This document shows, piece by piece, positions 36,624 to 46,859 of a stretch of 64,000 bases of DNA. The stretch is from an uncultured Actinomycetota bacterium (GTDB lineage: Bacteria; Actinomycetota; Thermoleophilia; Solirubrobacterales; Solirubrobacteraceae), in the NCBI GenBank assembly GCA_963737115.1, contig CAVTRM010000010.1, forward strand, positions 84,939-148,938, in the 5' to 3' direction. The position numbers and the translations under genes are program-made. The notes beneath the pieces are model-generated. The model had not been told where the DNA came from. It searched no databases and saw only the letters and a list, made by a program, of their open reading frames with translations. Within the stretch, counting starts at the first letter, position 1. Each line of letters starts with the position of its first letter.

Positions 36624-37835
36624 TCACTGACAGGAATCGGCGAATCCGAGCCAGCGGACGAGCTGATCACTCACAGCCGGATGGGCGAGTAGGTCGAAGT
36701 GGCTGGCGGCACTCACGTGGCGATAATCGTCACGACCGAACCGCACGCTCTCACCGCGGCCGATGTCCCAGGCGCTGCGCCTGAACACCAGCAGGTCACC
36801 GAGCAGCAGCTCGGTCACTTGGCCGTCGGCGTCGCCGCGGCTGAGACCGGCCGAGTAGAAGTGGTAGCCGATCCCCGGGGTGTACGGGACCGTCATGCGC
36901 TCCCCCATGTCCTTGATTCCAACGCTGCGTGCATCGATCATGCCCGCGAGCCCACGCGTTTCCGGGACCCAGCTCAGCACCCGTGCCGCCACCGATGCGG
37001 TCTGCTCGAGCGGCGCCCCACGGTGCGGCGTGCCGAGCGACACCAGATGCCGCACCAGCCGCCCCCATCGCATCCCATCTGCGTCGGTCGCGTGCCCGCA
37101 TGCCGAGCGCGCAACCAGGCCGCCCATCGAGTGACCGATCAACGCAACTTCCCGTACCCGAACCGGCCACAGTGCCAGCAGCTGTTCGAGCAACAACGCC
37201 AGCTGCAGTCCGTTGGCATCCACCGGTAGCCCGCTGTTGTAACGGATGTAGATCGGTGTGTAGCCGAGTTCGTCGCGCAGCCGCGACCCGTAGGCGGGAC
37301 CGCGATCGGAATGCAGAAACCAGGCGTCCTCAGTCTCACAGAGGCCGTGAATGAACACCGCAACGCGTGGTCGTGGCACTCCTCGGACCACCGGCGTCAT
37401 GGCCATCGCCAGCTCGCTGCCAGTCGATTCCAGCTGGTCGCCGTAGAGCCCGTTGATAGCTCCCTTCCATACCCGTGTGGCGGTGCGGTGCTCGGCGCCG
37501 GGAACGGTCGGCGGGACCGCGCGTCCGGCCAGCACGCCGCTCAGCCGCAGCCCGGCGCGACCGATCTCACGCGTGGAGCCATAGGCGACCGCCGCCGTCA
37601 GATCATGCGCGACCTTGATCGGAGCGGCCACCAGGCCGACGGCGCCGAACGCGCGATCGGACACGGCGCGATGAGTTTCGTGGATACGGTCAACCACGCC
37701 GGCAAAGCCGTCTCCGGCGAAACGACCCGCGGCGCGTAGCTCGGCCGCCAGTGCAGAGTCGGGCGCGACAGCCAGCTGCTCCGCAACCTGCGGCTGCCCG
37801 ATCAGCTCCTGCGAGGGCGTCTGCTCAGACGACAC
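36624..37835 (-). CDS. Alpha/beta hydrolase (PGAP1/lipase-like)
   Basis: FIHGLCETE, RYNSGL, LIGHSMGGLVARSA nucleophile elbow, LGTPHRGAPLE, GDLLV, HFDLL.HP; GTG start overlaps the upstream stop. Confidence 0.85.
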   Translation of the reverse strand: MSSEQTPSQELIGQPQVAEQLAVAPDSALAAELRAAGRFAGDGFAGVVDRIHETHRAVSDRAFGAVGLVAAPIKVAHDLTAAVAYGSTREIGRAGLRLSGVLAGRAVPPTVPGAEHRTATRVWKGAINGLYGDQLESTGSELAMAMTPVVRGVPRPRVAVFIHGLCETEDAWFLHSDRGPAYGSRLRDELGYTPIYIRYNSGLPVDANGLQLALLLEQLLALWPVRVREVALIGHSMGGLVARSACGHATDADGMRWGRLVRHLVSLGTPHRGAPLEQTASVAARVLSWVPETRGLAGMIDARSVGIKDMGERMTVPYTPGIGYHFYSAGLSRGDADGQVTELLLGDLLVFRRSAWDIGRGESVRFGRDDYRHVSAASHFDLLAHPAVSDQLVRWLGFADSCQ

Positions 37836-38934
37836 TCGCGCTCGCGGTGACCTCGCGGTAGGCGTCGGCCAGGCGCGCGACGCCCTCCTCGATCTCAGCC
37901 GGGGTGACGCCGGAGTAGGCCATCCGCAGGGTCGACTCGTAGCCCTCAAGCACGAAGTCGGTGCCTTTCACGAACACCACGCCACGCACCCGCGCAGCCT
38001 CGAACAGCGCATTCACGTCGGTACCCTCCGGGAGCGTGACCCACATGAAATATCCGCCTTCGGGGGTGCGGAAGCGGGCGTCGGGAAGCTCACGTGATAA
38101 GGCCTCGCTCAGCGCCGTCGCGCGCTCGTTCAACGCGGTCTTGACGGTCTGGATCGAGCGCTCGATCGCGCCAGAGCGCGCAAACTGGTTGATGATCCCC
38201 TGCGCGATCATGTTCGGCGAGATGTAGGCGCTGGTCGCGAGCTTTTCGACCCTTGCGATCACCTCCCGCGGTCCCACCAGATAACCGGTGCGGCTGCCCG
38301 GCGCAACGGTCTTCGAAAACGAGGACGCGTACACGACGTTGGTGGGATCGAGCGAGACCATCGTCGGCAGCGGATCGCCGCTGAAGCGCAACTCCACATA
38401 GGGGTCGTCCTCGAAGATCACAAACCCGTACTCCCGCGCGAGCGCGATCAGACGATGTCGCTTCTCAAGTGACAGTGTGTAGCCCGCGGGGTTCTGGAAG
38501 TTGGGGATGATGTGCGCGAATTGGGGTCGCGCGCCGGCCTTCAGCGCCTCTTCCAGGGCGCCGACGTCGATCCCATCCTCTTCGAGCCGCACCATGATCA
38601 CCTCGGCGCCGCGCTCACGCAGCCCCAGCAGTGTGCGGTCGTAGGTCGGCAGCTCCGTGATCACCTCGTCTCCCGGTGACAAGAGCGTGTCGAACAGGAA
38701 TGCGTCGGCCTGCATCGAGCCGTTGGTGACGACCACGTGCTCGGGCTCGACGCCGTGTTTCTCGGCTATCCAGGCCCGCAGCGGCTGGTAGCCCACCGAG
38801 GTGCCGTAGGCGGTCATGCCCGCGGGATCCGCGTCGAACGCGGCCTGCGCAGCGGCCTTCAGGCCGTCGATGTCGACGATGTCAAGCGACGGCGCGCCGC
38901 GCGCGAATGAAATGGTCTTCACAGCCTCACCCAT
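37825..38934 (-). CDS. PLP-dependent class I/II aminotransferase (LysN/ARO8-like)
   Basis: ISFARGAP, IPNFQNPAG, EDDPY, SFSKTVAPG.R.G, PEGGYFMW. Confidence 0.92.
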   Translation of the reverse strand: MGEAVKTISFARGAPSLDIVDIDGLKAAAQAAFDADPAGMTAYGTSVGYQPLRAWIAEKHGVEPEHVVVTNGSMQADAFLFDTLLSPGDEVITELPTYDRTLLGLRERGAEVIMVRLEEDGIDVGALEEALKAGARPQFAHIIPNFQNPAGYTLSLEKRHRLIALAREYGFVIFEDDPYVELRFSGDPLPTMVSLDPTNVVYASSFSKTVAPGSRTGYLVGPREVIARVEKLATSAYISPNMIAQGIINQFARSGAIERSIQTVKTALNERATALSEALSRELPDARFRTPEGGYFMWVTLPEGTDVNALFEAARVRGVVFVKGTDFVLEGYESTLRMAYSGVTPAEIEEGVARLADAYREVTASASVV

Positions 38935-39031
38935 GTCGCAGAGACTATCCGTTTCCGCGCTTGGCCACGAGCCAGATCAGCGGGGCGGCCGGTATTCGCC
39001 AACCGGCCGCCCCGGGATCTTCACACGCTGA

Positions 39032-40738
39032 TCAGTGCCGTACGAAGAACCTGATCGTTTGGTGCAGCAGCATCCCGTCGAGCTGGACCTCGTGCGGTCC
39101 GGGCCTGAGGTTCATGCCGGCCAGCGACAGCGAGAAGTCGAGGTCGGCATTTCCGTCGGCATCGACCGTCTGGACCTGCTGGCCGTCGATGCTGACGCTC
39201 ACCGGATGCTCGGGCAGCCAGCCGCTGGAAGTCACCTGCAGCGAACCGCCAGGGGCGACGACCGACGGCGTGACCTGGCCCGTGCGCTCCAGCGTCTGCA
39301 GATCAGAGGCAGCCTGCCGATCCAGCGACCCGAACCACGGCTGCCGTGCCGAGGCCGCAGCCAAAGCGGGCACGAACCGCGCGGCATTGACCGTGCCCCA
39401 GCCGGTAGCGATGTCATACCCCGGCCCGGCCGAATAGCCGGTCACACCGTAGGCGCTGTTGTTGCCTTGGGTGATATCGACGATTCCGTCGGCGGCGCCG
39501 GCCGGCCCCAGCTTCTGGTACAGCAGCTTGTTGACGACCCCGAGGTTGCCGCCGCGCACCTGCGTGGCCAGCGAAAGTACGGCGGCCATCTCCGGCGCTG
39601 CCAGCGAGGTACCGTCCTGGGCGTCCATCGTGATGTCTGGCACGGCCCTCCACGGGGCCCCGATCGTGGATGCGACGCCATCCTGGTAAGCGGGCATCGG
39701 ATAGACCTTGGATAGCCCCGCCCCCTCGGCCGCAAAGCCGACGTTCCAGACGCTGAAGCCGTCCTGCCCGCCTGGACCGGTATAGGTGTATGCGGGGGTG
39801 TTGCCGCCGACCGCGAGCACGTATGGCGAGTCATCCCAAGTGGCGATCGCCGGTCCTGGAGTGAGGTCGTTGCAGAACCCGTCACCGGTGGCCAGCTCCT
39901 GCGCGGCACCGCAGTCGCCGGTGGCGTTGGTCACCGGGATGCCGTGCTCGGCCGCGGTCAGCTCGCCCGGATCCTGCGCGAGGATCTCAGCGTTGCCGTG
40001 GCTGTAGTCGCCCTCGTTGGAACCATCGCTGATCGAGATCACATTCGCGACATGGTGGTCGGCGATGTATTCGAGCGCCTTCATCATCTCCGGCGGCGCG
40101 ACCTGCGAGGAAGCGTCGTCGTTGATCTCGGTGTCTGCCGGGGTCGCCGAGATCACGATCTTGGCGTACGGCGCCAGCAGGTGGACCGCCTCGACGTCGA
40201 GCTCGAGCTCCCCGTCCCAGGCCGAGCAGGAACCGTAGACCCCCAGCGCCTGCATGCCCGCGGGACACTGAGCCGGCAGCGCGCCGGCCGGGTAGATCGT
40301 CGTGATCTGCGGATCCGGCAGCCCGAACTGCGCGTCGGCGCTGTCGATGATGCTCTGGATGTTGGGGTCGTTCCAGCCCTCGATCACCGCGACCGTAGTG
40401 CCGGCGCCGTCGATCCCCCGATTCCACAGCGACTCGATGTTGAACGAGTTCAGGTCGGCTAGCGGAACGTCGTTGTAGTAGGCCCCATCAGCCCCATTGG
40501 TCGCGATATCCGCATTGATCGCCTGCTCAGCCTTCTGCAGAGTCTCGATCTGCTGAGCACGCGATGGCGCACCGTGACCGCCGGCTCGATGCAGCGTCGT
40601 GGGCGCCGCATGCGTGGTAATGGTCAGTCCTCTCACATGCACCCGTTGGGCGCCATGCGCGGCCGCCGAAGCCGCACATGCGAGTCCCAGTGCCAGCGTC
40701 GCCAACACTGTGGGCAGCGAGAGTCGAGTCACTTTCAC
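39032..40738 (-). CDS. Secreted S53 (sedolisin/kumamolisin-like) serine peptidase
   Basis: Signal peptide; E-x3-D (GELELDVE), oxyanion TGDCG, catalytic GTSLAAP, Ca site DITQGNN...GYDIATGWG. Confidence 0.85.
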   Translation of the reverse strand: MKVTRLSLPTVLATLALGLACAASAAAHGAQRVHVRGLTITTHAAPTTLHRAGGHGAPSRAQQIETLQKAEQAINADIATNGADGAYYNDVPLADLNSFNIESLWNRGIDGAGTTVAVIEGWNDPNIQSIIDSADAQFGLPDPQITTIYPAGALPAQCPAGMQALGVYGSCSAWDGELELDVEAVHLLAPYAKIVISATPADTEINDDASSQVAPPEMMKALEYIADHHVANVISISDGSNEGDYSHGNAEILAQDPGELTAAEHGIPVTNATGDCGAAQELATGDGFCNDLTPGPAIATWDDSPYVLAVGGNTPAYTYTGPGGQDGFSVWNVGFAAEGAGLSKVYPMPAYQDGVASTIGAPWRAVPDITMDAQDGTSLAAPEMAAVLSLATQVRGGNLGVVNKLLYQKLGPAGAADGIVDITQGNNSAYGVTGYSAGPGYDIATGWGTVNAARFVPALAAASARQPWFGSLDRQAASDLQTLERTGQVTPSVVAPGGSLQVTSSGWLPEHPVSVSIDGQQVQTVDADGNADLDFSLSLAGMNLRPGPHEVQLDGMLLHQTIRFFVRH

Positions 40739-40824
40739 CGTTATCCCTCCTCGGGATCGGAGCGGCCGCGGTTTGCGACCGCAACGGCGAAAGTCTAAAG
40801 GCTGGTCCCGCCCGGATGCATCAG

Positions 40825-40858
40825 TTCTGGGGGTGGTCCCGGTAGACCACCCCCAGAA
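40825..40858 (-). terminator. Hairpin after sucD
   Basis: TTCTGGGGGTGGTC-N6-GACCACCCCCAGAA, perfect 14-bp stem. Confidence 0.75.
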
Positions 40859-40869
40859 AGACAGCCTTG

Positions 40870-41745
40870 TTACTGCGAGAGCGTCTCGACCGCGATCTTG
40901 GCGACCTCGGTCGGGGTGCGGCCAACGCGCACGCCCTTGTCTTCCAGCGCAGCCGCCTTGTGCGCGGCGCCGCCGGAGGTGCCGGACACGATCGCTCCGG
41001 CGTGGCCCATCTGCTTGCCGGGAGGAGCGGTGAAACCGGCGATGTAGCCGACCACCGGCTTGCTCACGTGCTCGGCGATGAAGTCGGCGGCCTTCTCCTC
41101 GTTGTCGCCGCCGATCTCGCCGCACATCACGATCAGCTCGGTCTCGGGGTCGGCCTCGAACATCTCGATCACGTCGACGAAGTCGGTCCCCGGGACCGGG
41201 TCGCCGCCGATGCCGACGATCGAACTGTTACCAAAGCCGCTCTGCGCGAGCTCGTAGCCGACCTGGTAGGTGAGCGTGCCCGAACGCGACACGACGCCGA
41301 CGTTGCCGGGCTTGAAGAACGCCGCCGGGATGATGCCGACCGAGGCCTTGCCGGGCGACAGGATGCCGGGACAGTTGGGCCCGATCAGGCGCGAGCGGCG
41401 GTTCTTCTTGAGCGTGTTGTAGACGCGCAGCTCATCGTGCGCGGGGATGCCCTCGGTGATCGCGATGATCAGCTCGATACCGGCATCCTCAGCCTCGAGG
41501 ATCGAGTCCGCGGCAAACGCCGGCGGCACGAAGATCATCGCGGTGTTGGCGCCCTGCTCCTCGACCGCCTGGGCGAAGGTGTTGTAGACGGGGATCCCGT
41601 CGACGTCCTGCCCGCCCTTGCCGGGGGTGACGCCGGCGACCACGTTGGTGCCGTAGTCGCGGTTGCGCAGGGTGTGGAACTTGCCCTCACTGCCGGTGAT
41701 GCCGGCGGTGACGAGCTTGGTGTTCTGATTGATCAGGATGCTCAC
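40870..41745 (-). CDS. sucD: Succinyl-CoA synthetase alpha subunit
   Basis: [36 protein letters not shown]. Confidence 0.97.
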   Translation of the reverse strand: MSILINQNTKLVTAGITGSEGKFHTLRNRDYGTNVVAGVTPGKGGQDVDGIPVYNTFAQAVEEQGANTAMIFVPPAFAADSILEAEDAGIELIIAITEGIPAHDELRVYNTLKKNRRSRLIGPNCPGILSPGKASVGIIPAAFFKPGNVGVVSRSGTLTYQVGYELAQSGFGNSSIVGIGGDPVPGTDFVDVIEMFEADPETELIVMCGEIGGDNEEKAADFIAEHVSKPVVGYIAGFTAPPGKQMGHAGAIVSGTSGGAAHKAAALEDKGVRVGRTPTEVAKIAVETLSQ

Positions 41746-42881
41746 TTGGCCAGCTCCACTACCTTCGCGGCGGCGCCGTCCATGGTCGCCTCGATGTACA
41801 CGTTCGGGAGGTCCGCCTCGTTCAGCAGTGCGCGCCCCTCCTCCTGGTTGGTGCCGTCCAGCCGTACGACGAACGGGACCTGCGGGTTCAGCTGCTTGAA
41901 CGCCTCGATCATGCCCTTGGCAACCTCGTCGCCGCGGGTGATGCCGCCGAAGATGTTGAACAGCACGGCCTTGACCTTGGGGTCGGAGAGGATCACCTCA
42001 ACCGCGCTGGTGATCGCATCGGCCTTGGATCCGCCGCCGGCGTCGAGGAAGTTGGCGGGCTCGCCGCCGGCTCCCTTGACCACGTCCAGAGTCGACATCA
42101 CAAGTCCGGCGCCGTTGCCGAGGATGCCGATGTTGCCGTCGAGCTTCACGTAGGTGAGACCACGCTCGACCGCCATCCGCTCCTGCGGATCCTCGGCTGA
42201 GAGGTCGCGCAGGTCGCTGTTCTCGGGGTGGCGGTAGAGCGCGTTGTTGTCAAGCGTGACCTTCGCGTCGAGCGCGCGCACCTTGCGCTCGGGGGTGATG
42301 ATCAGCGGGTTGACCTCGGTCAGCAGGCATTCTTCCTCGACAAAGGTGTTGTAGAGCTGCTTGAGGAAGGCGCCGACCGGGCGCACGACGTCGGCATCGA
42401 CACCGGCCTCGAACGCGAGCTTACGGCCGTGAAAGTCCTGGAAGCCGAGCAGCGGATCAACGTGCAGGTGCGCGATCGCGTCGGGGTCCTCGTCGGCTAC
42501 CGCCTCGATGTCCATACCACCCTTGGTTGAGAGCATCACCAGCGGAGCTTTGGCAGAGCGGTCGAACACGACCGACGCGTAGTACTCGGACTCGATCTGT
42601 GAGGCACCTTCGATCCACAGTTCGTAGACCGTCAGACCCTTGATGTCCATCCCCAGGATCGCGCCGGCGTATTCGCGCGCCTCCTCGGAATTGTTGGCGA
42701 TCTTGATGCCGCCGAGCTTCCCGCGGCCGCCGATCTGTACCTGTGCTTTGACCGCGCACGGGTAGCCGATCTCGTCCGCAGCTTCTACCGCCTCTTCGAC
42801 GGTGCGCGCCGGCTTCCCGTCGGGAACCGGGATGCCGTGTCGCGCAAACAGTTGCTTGCCTTGATATTCGAGCAGATCCAT
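41742..42881 (-). CDS. sucC: Succinyl-CoA synthetase beta subunit
   Basis: MDLLEYQGK, KAQV..GGRGK.GG, GNGAGL.M.T.D, ANFLDAGGG, NIFGGITR. Confidence 0.97.
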   Translation of the reverse strand: MDLLEYQGKQLFARHGIPVPDGKPARTVEEAVEAADEIGYPCAVKAQVQIGGRGKLGGIKIANNSEEAREYAGAILGMDIKGLTVYELWIEGASQIESEYYASVVFDRSAKAPLVMLSTKGGMDIEAVADEDPDAIAHLHVDPLLGFQDFHGRKLAFEAGVDADVVRPVGAFLKQLYNTFVEEECLLTEVNPLIITPERKVRALDAKVTLDNNALYRHPENSDLRDLSAEDPQERMAVERGLTYVKLDGNIGILGNGAGLVMSTLDVVKGAGGEPANFLDAGGGSKADAITSAVEVILSDPKVKAVLFNIFGGITRGDEVAKGMIEAFKQLNPQVPFVVRLDGTNQEEGRALLNEADLPNVYIEATMDGAAAKVVELAK

Positions 42882-43025
42882 TCCCTTGAGCCTATTGAAA
42901 TCTGGGCGGTTTGGCGTTGGCCAGCGCGCGATCAGAGCGCTGTGTGACAACTGTCCGGTATGCGGTCCGATCCGCAGGGCGGCGAATTAGCAGCAAGTCA
43001 CACAAAATGGCATCATTGAAAGTCC

Positions 43026-43721
43026 ATGGCTATTCCCAAGACGATCACTTTTGTCACCTTTGACGTCTACGGCACCCTGATCGACTGGGATGCAGGCGTT
43101 ACCGAAGCATTCACCAAGGAAGCGGAGAAGGACGGGTTCACAATCGACCCCGAAGAGCTCGTTCCAACGTTTCACGAGGTGGTGCGCGAGATCGAGGGCG
43201 GCTCGTACGAACTCTATGCCGAGGTGCTGCGCCGCACGGCGGTGCAGATCGCACAGCAGATCGGCTGGCCGCTGGAGCCCGCGCGCTCCGGCTTCCTGCC
43301 CGACTCGGTCCAACGCTGGCCCGCATTCAAGGAGACCAACGCCGCGCTGATCAAGGCCAAGAAGAAGTACAACATCGGCCTGATCTCGAATATCGACGAC
43401 AAGCTGCTGGGTCAGACCCGGCGGCATCTGAAAACCCCGCTGGGTCAGCCGATCGACTTCGATCTGGTGGTGACCGCACAGCAGGTCCGCTCCTACAAGC
43501 CCGACACCGCGCATTTCACCGAGTGCGAGCGCCGAATGGGCGGTAAGAAGGGCTGGGTGCACATCGCCTCCAGCTACTACCACGATGTCGAGCCCTGCAT
43601 CAAGCGCAAGACCCCGGTGATCTGGGTCAACCGCGAGGGCCACACGCTCGAGTCAGGCCAGAAGAAGCCCGACGCCGAGGTCAAGAACCTCAAAGAGGCG
43701 CTGAAGATCGTCGGGCTGTAG
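43026..43721 (+). CDS. HAD-superfamily hydrolase (haloacid dehalogenase type II-like)
   Basis: TFDVYGTLIDW, ISNID, SYKP, YYHDV.P, WVNR. Confidence 0.9.
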   Translation: MAIPKTITFVTFDVYGTLIDWDAGVTEAFTKEAEKDGFTIDPEELVPTFHEVVREIEGGSYELYAEVLRRTAVQIAQQIGWPLEPARSGFLPDSVQRWPAFKETNAALIKAKKKYNIGLISNIDDKLLGQTRRHLKTPLGQPIDFDLVVTAQQVRSYKPDTAHFTECERRMGGKKGWVHIASSYYHDVEPCIKRKTPVIWVNREGHTLESGQKKPDAEVKNLKEALKIVGL

Positions 43722-43802
43722 CGCGCATCCGGCTCGAGCGCTCATGCGGCGTTGGCGTTGATTGGGCGCGCGGCGCCTATCTGATCGACCAAGGCCAACG
43801 CC

Positions 43803-43843
43803 AAACGGGGATTTGCTGCCATGTACGCAGCAAATCCCCGTTT
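43803..43843. terminator. Bidirectional terminator hairpin
   Basis: AAACGGGGATTTGCTGC-N7-GCAGCAAATCCCCGTTT, perfect 17-bp stem between convergent genes. Confidence 0.8.
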
Positions 43844-43861
43844 CATATGGTCGGCGCGCGT

Positions 43862-45301
43862 TTACTTGACCGTCACCGAACTGCTGGTGAGAGTTGCCAT
43901 GTGGTAGCCGACCGCGGTCGCCGTCACCATCACCGACAGCTTCTTGCCCTTGAGCGCGGAACCGAGCTTCAGGCTCGCCTTGGTTGCGCCCTTGATCTTC
44001 TTGCCGTTCGCCATCCATGCGTACGAATCTGAGCCGCCTGATGCGCCCTTGACCTTGGCCATCACGGTGCTGCCGACGGACGCTTTGCCGTCGATCGTGA
44101 CCTTGGTCGCGGCCGCCGGAACCGTGAACTTGCCGATTCCGCCCGAGGTGGTCCCGCCGCCGACGTTGATCAGCTCGCGAGTCGCGTACCCCATCGTCCC
44201 GGACTCATTCAGTACAACATCCGTCGGAGCCTCGCCGCTGAAGAGGCTGGTGCCTGCGAGCGTGGCGCTGTGGCCACCGCCACCGATCGCGAAGGTATTT
44301 ATGTTCGAGCTCACGCCAGGCAGCCCTTCGGACCCGAGTTCAATTCCGAGGTAATTGAATGTCGTGTCATATAGCGTCCGCCCATCCGGCGACACGGCCA
44401 CGTTAGACGCACCGTAAACCTCGGGCAACGCGGTCGTTGAGTGGGGCTTGCCGTTTCGCATCGCCGTCGCAGAGCCTGCTCCGACCACGTTCGCGGCATA
44501 CAGCGTGTCGCCATTCGGGCTCAACGAGAGACCAGCGGGAAGGCCGATCTTGTTGCTGGTGTACATGCTGGTCAGAGTGCCCACGGTCGCGCTCGTCATT
44601 GAGACCGTGCCAAGCCCCGTGGTGATGGTTGGGGTGCCGCTGCCCTCGTCCTCAGTGAGCCCGCCGAGGTACAGTCGCTTGCCGTTTGACGATACGGCGA
44701 CGGAGAGCGGTATCAGCGGTGTCGTTCCTGAGGGCGGCACGAGGGTGTTCACCACGGTGTCGTTCCCAGTGCCCCCGCCAACGTTCGCGACGAGCACACC
44801 GCTGGTTGACGAGCCGCCGGTGTCAGCGGCCGCGATGTACAGCGTCTTGCCGTTGGGCGACAGCGCAACCTGTTCGGAGCCGCTAATCGGACTTCCACCG
44901 TCCATGATCTGAACTGGTGATGCCGACGGATCGCTCAGGTTGATGCCGTACACGCCCCCACTGCCGCCGCCAAGTTCGCCGAGCAGGCCTCCGGTCGCAA
45001 CATAGAGCATTTTGCCGTTCGGCGACAGCACTTCTGAGGTCATTCCCGGGGCCCCCGATGGAAGCGCGAGCGAATGCAGCGTCACCGGCGGCGCCATCGC
45101 GGCGCCCGCGGCCACGGCGAGGTGTCCCGCCTCGGCTCGCCTCATCGCCGCCACCTTGCCAATCGCAGCCTTCATGAAGGCGCTTTCATGGTTTGACCGG
45201 ACTGCGGCGCTTGCGCTGCCTGCTCCGGCCACGGCGGCCAGCCCCAGCACCGCAGTGCCTGTCGCCGCCACACGTGACACCTGAAGTCGTCTGGACCTCA
45301 T
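43862..45301 (-). CDS. Secreted YncE/YVTN-like beta-propeller protein with C-terminal Lys-rich Ig-like domain (paralog 4)
   Basis: Repeated (L/V)SPNGKxLY blades; signal peptide; AAAGGAGA RBS. Confidence 0.85.
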   Translation of the reverse strand: MRSRRLQVSRVAATGTAVLGLAAVAGAGSASAAVRSNHESAFMKAAIGKVAAMRRAEAGHLAVAAGAAMAPPVTLHSLALPSGAPGMTSEVLSPNGKMLYVATGGLLGELGGGSGGVYGINLSDPSASPVQIMDGGSPISGSEQVALSPNGKTLYIAAADTGGSSTSGVLVANVGGGTGNDTVVNTLVPPSGTTPLIPLSVAVSSNGKRLYLGGLTEDEGSGTPTITTGLGTVSMTSATVGTLTSMYTSNKIGLPAGLSLSPNGDTLYAANVVGAGSATAMRNGKPHSTTALPEVYGASNVAVSPDGRTLYDTTFNYLGIELGSEGLPGVSSNINTFAIGGGGHSATLAGTSLFSGEAPTDVVLNESGTMGYATRELINVGGGTTSGGIGKFTVPAAATKVTIDGKASVGSTVMAKVKGASGGSDSYAWMANGKKIKGATKASLKLGSALKGKKLSVMVTATAVGYHMATLTSSSVTVK

Positions 45302-45516
45302 GTCTCTTTCTCCTTTGAAGTGGAGCTTGAGATGGCACGCGAGCACACACCCTGTCCCATCGTCGTCCTCCGATGTTTCGAGGCCACAGGGCCTCGCACT
45401 CACACAACCCGCACCGAACCATTCCGGCGCAGAGCCGAGGCTACCACCGCTGGCAACCCCGGCTCGTCGCTGAGAACTTCCTCACATCCGCGCGCGCGAC
45501 CTAGTCCCGTCTCGGT

Positions 45517-46782
45517 CTAACTGACCTTCACCGCCTTGCTGGTCAGCATCGAACGGCAATACCCGACCGCGGTCGCGGTGACCTTGACCGTCAACTTCTT
45601 GCCCACCAGGCCCTTGGCGATCACGAGCTTGCCCTTGGTCGCGCCCTTGATCGCCTTGCCGTTCGCGAACCACGTATACGCGTCCGACCCGCTCGACGTC
45701 CCCGTCACCTTGGCAGTCACCGTCGAACCGGGCTTCGCCCGGCCCGAGATCGAGACGCGCGTTGCGGCGAGCGGAATCGCGAACTTGGAGATGCCGCCGA
45801 CAGGGCTGCCGCTCACGTCAATGTTGGTGATGTATCCGGTGCGGCCGTTTGGCGCCAGCCCCATCCCGAGCACCGCGTTCGGGCTGGCGTCGTATGGTGT
45901 GCGTGCCAATTTCGACTTCAGCCCGCCGTTGGTCAAGGCGAATGTCTTCACCGCGGAGTTGAATTCATCTGGGTTTGAGGAATTTGGAAGCGTGGAGCTT
46001 CCATAGAGCGTGCGTCCATCGGCCGAGACCGCGAGGCCGAACACACCCTTTGTGCCGTTGAGCACTGTGTCGAACGACGAATTCAGTCCGGAGACCTTCA
46101 GCACGGCCACGGGTCCCTCGAACCAATTGCTCACGTACAGCAGCTTCCCGTTTGGTGACAAGGCCATCGAGAGGCCGTAGGACACCCCCGTCAGGCTCTT
46201 GGCCTCGACTACCTGCCCCGCATCCGCCGAAGTGAGCTGCGCAACTGCCAGCTGCCCGTTAGGGGTCCCGCCCCCGAGCGAGCTCACGTCGCCGATGTAG
46301 AGGTATTTGCCGTTAGCGGATACCGCGAGGCCGGCCGGGTTGTGGAGCAGCGAGTTCGGGTCTGAGATCTGTCCCACCACCTTGTCGTTGTTGGGATCTG
46401 AGCTCAGGCCGCTGACGTCGGCGATCTCAACGTCGCTTGCGGCACTGATGTAGAGCCGTTTGCCGTTTGGAGATAACGCCAAGCCGATGGCGCTGCTAAG
46501 CGGGTTGCCGCCGGCAGTGATCGCGACCGGTGTCGCCGATGGATGCGCCAGATTGAAGGCGAACACTCCAGTTAGATCGCCAACATAAAGCGTCTTGCCG
46601 TTGTGCGAAACCACAGCGGAATACGAATCGGTCAGCACTCCCGAAGCGATCGGCAACGCCTGCGGGTTGATCGGCGGCGCCCCCGCCGCGCTTGCTGTTG
46701 CGCCCGTAATCGCCACGAGCACGGCTGCCGCCAATCCGACGACTGCGGTGCGTATTGCCGCTGTTCTTGCTAGTGCGCCCAT
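45517..46782 (-). CDS. Secreted beta-propeller protein (paralog 3)
   Basis: SPNGKRLY/SANGKYLY/SADGRTLY repeats; same C-terminal domain. Confidence 0.85.
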   Translation of the reverse strand: MGALARTAAIRTAVVGLAAAVLVAITGATASAAGAPPINPQALPIASGVLTDSYSAVVSHNGKTLYVGDLTGVFAFNLAHPSATPVAITAGGNPLSSAIGLALSPNGKRLYISAASDVEIADVSGLSSDPNNDKVVGQISDPNSLLHNPAGLAVSANGKYLYIGDVSSLGGGTPNGQLAVAQLTSADAGQVVEAKSLTGVSYGLSMALSPNGKLLYVSNWFEGPVAVLKVSGLNSSFDTVLNGTKGVFGLAVSADGRTLYGSSTLPNSSNPDEFNSAVKTFALTNGGLKSKLARTPYDASPNAVLGMGLAPNGRTGYITNIDVSGSPVGGISKFAIPLAATRVSISGRAKPGSTVTAKVTGTSSGSDAYTWFANGKAIKGATKGKLVIAKGLVGKKLTVKVTATAVGYCRSMLTSKAVKVS

Positions 46783-46859
46783 AAACTACCTCTCTGTGTT
46801 TCGTTACGGGGTCTACCGCCGCGTTAATCGCTGGCGACCGACCCCGTATTTCCGTCCGT

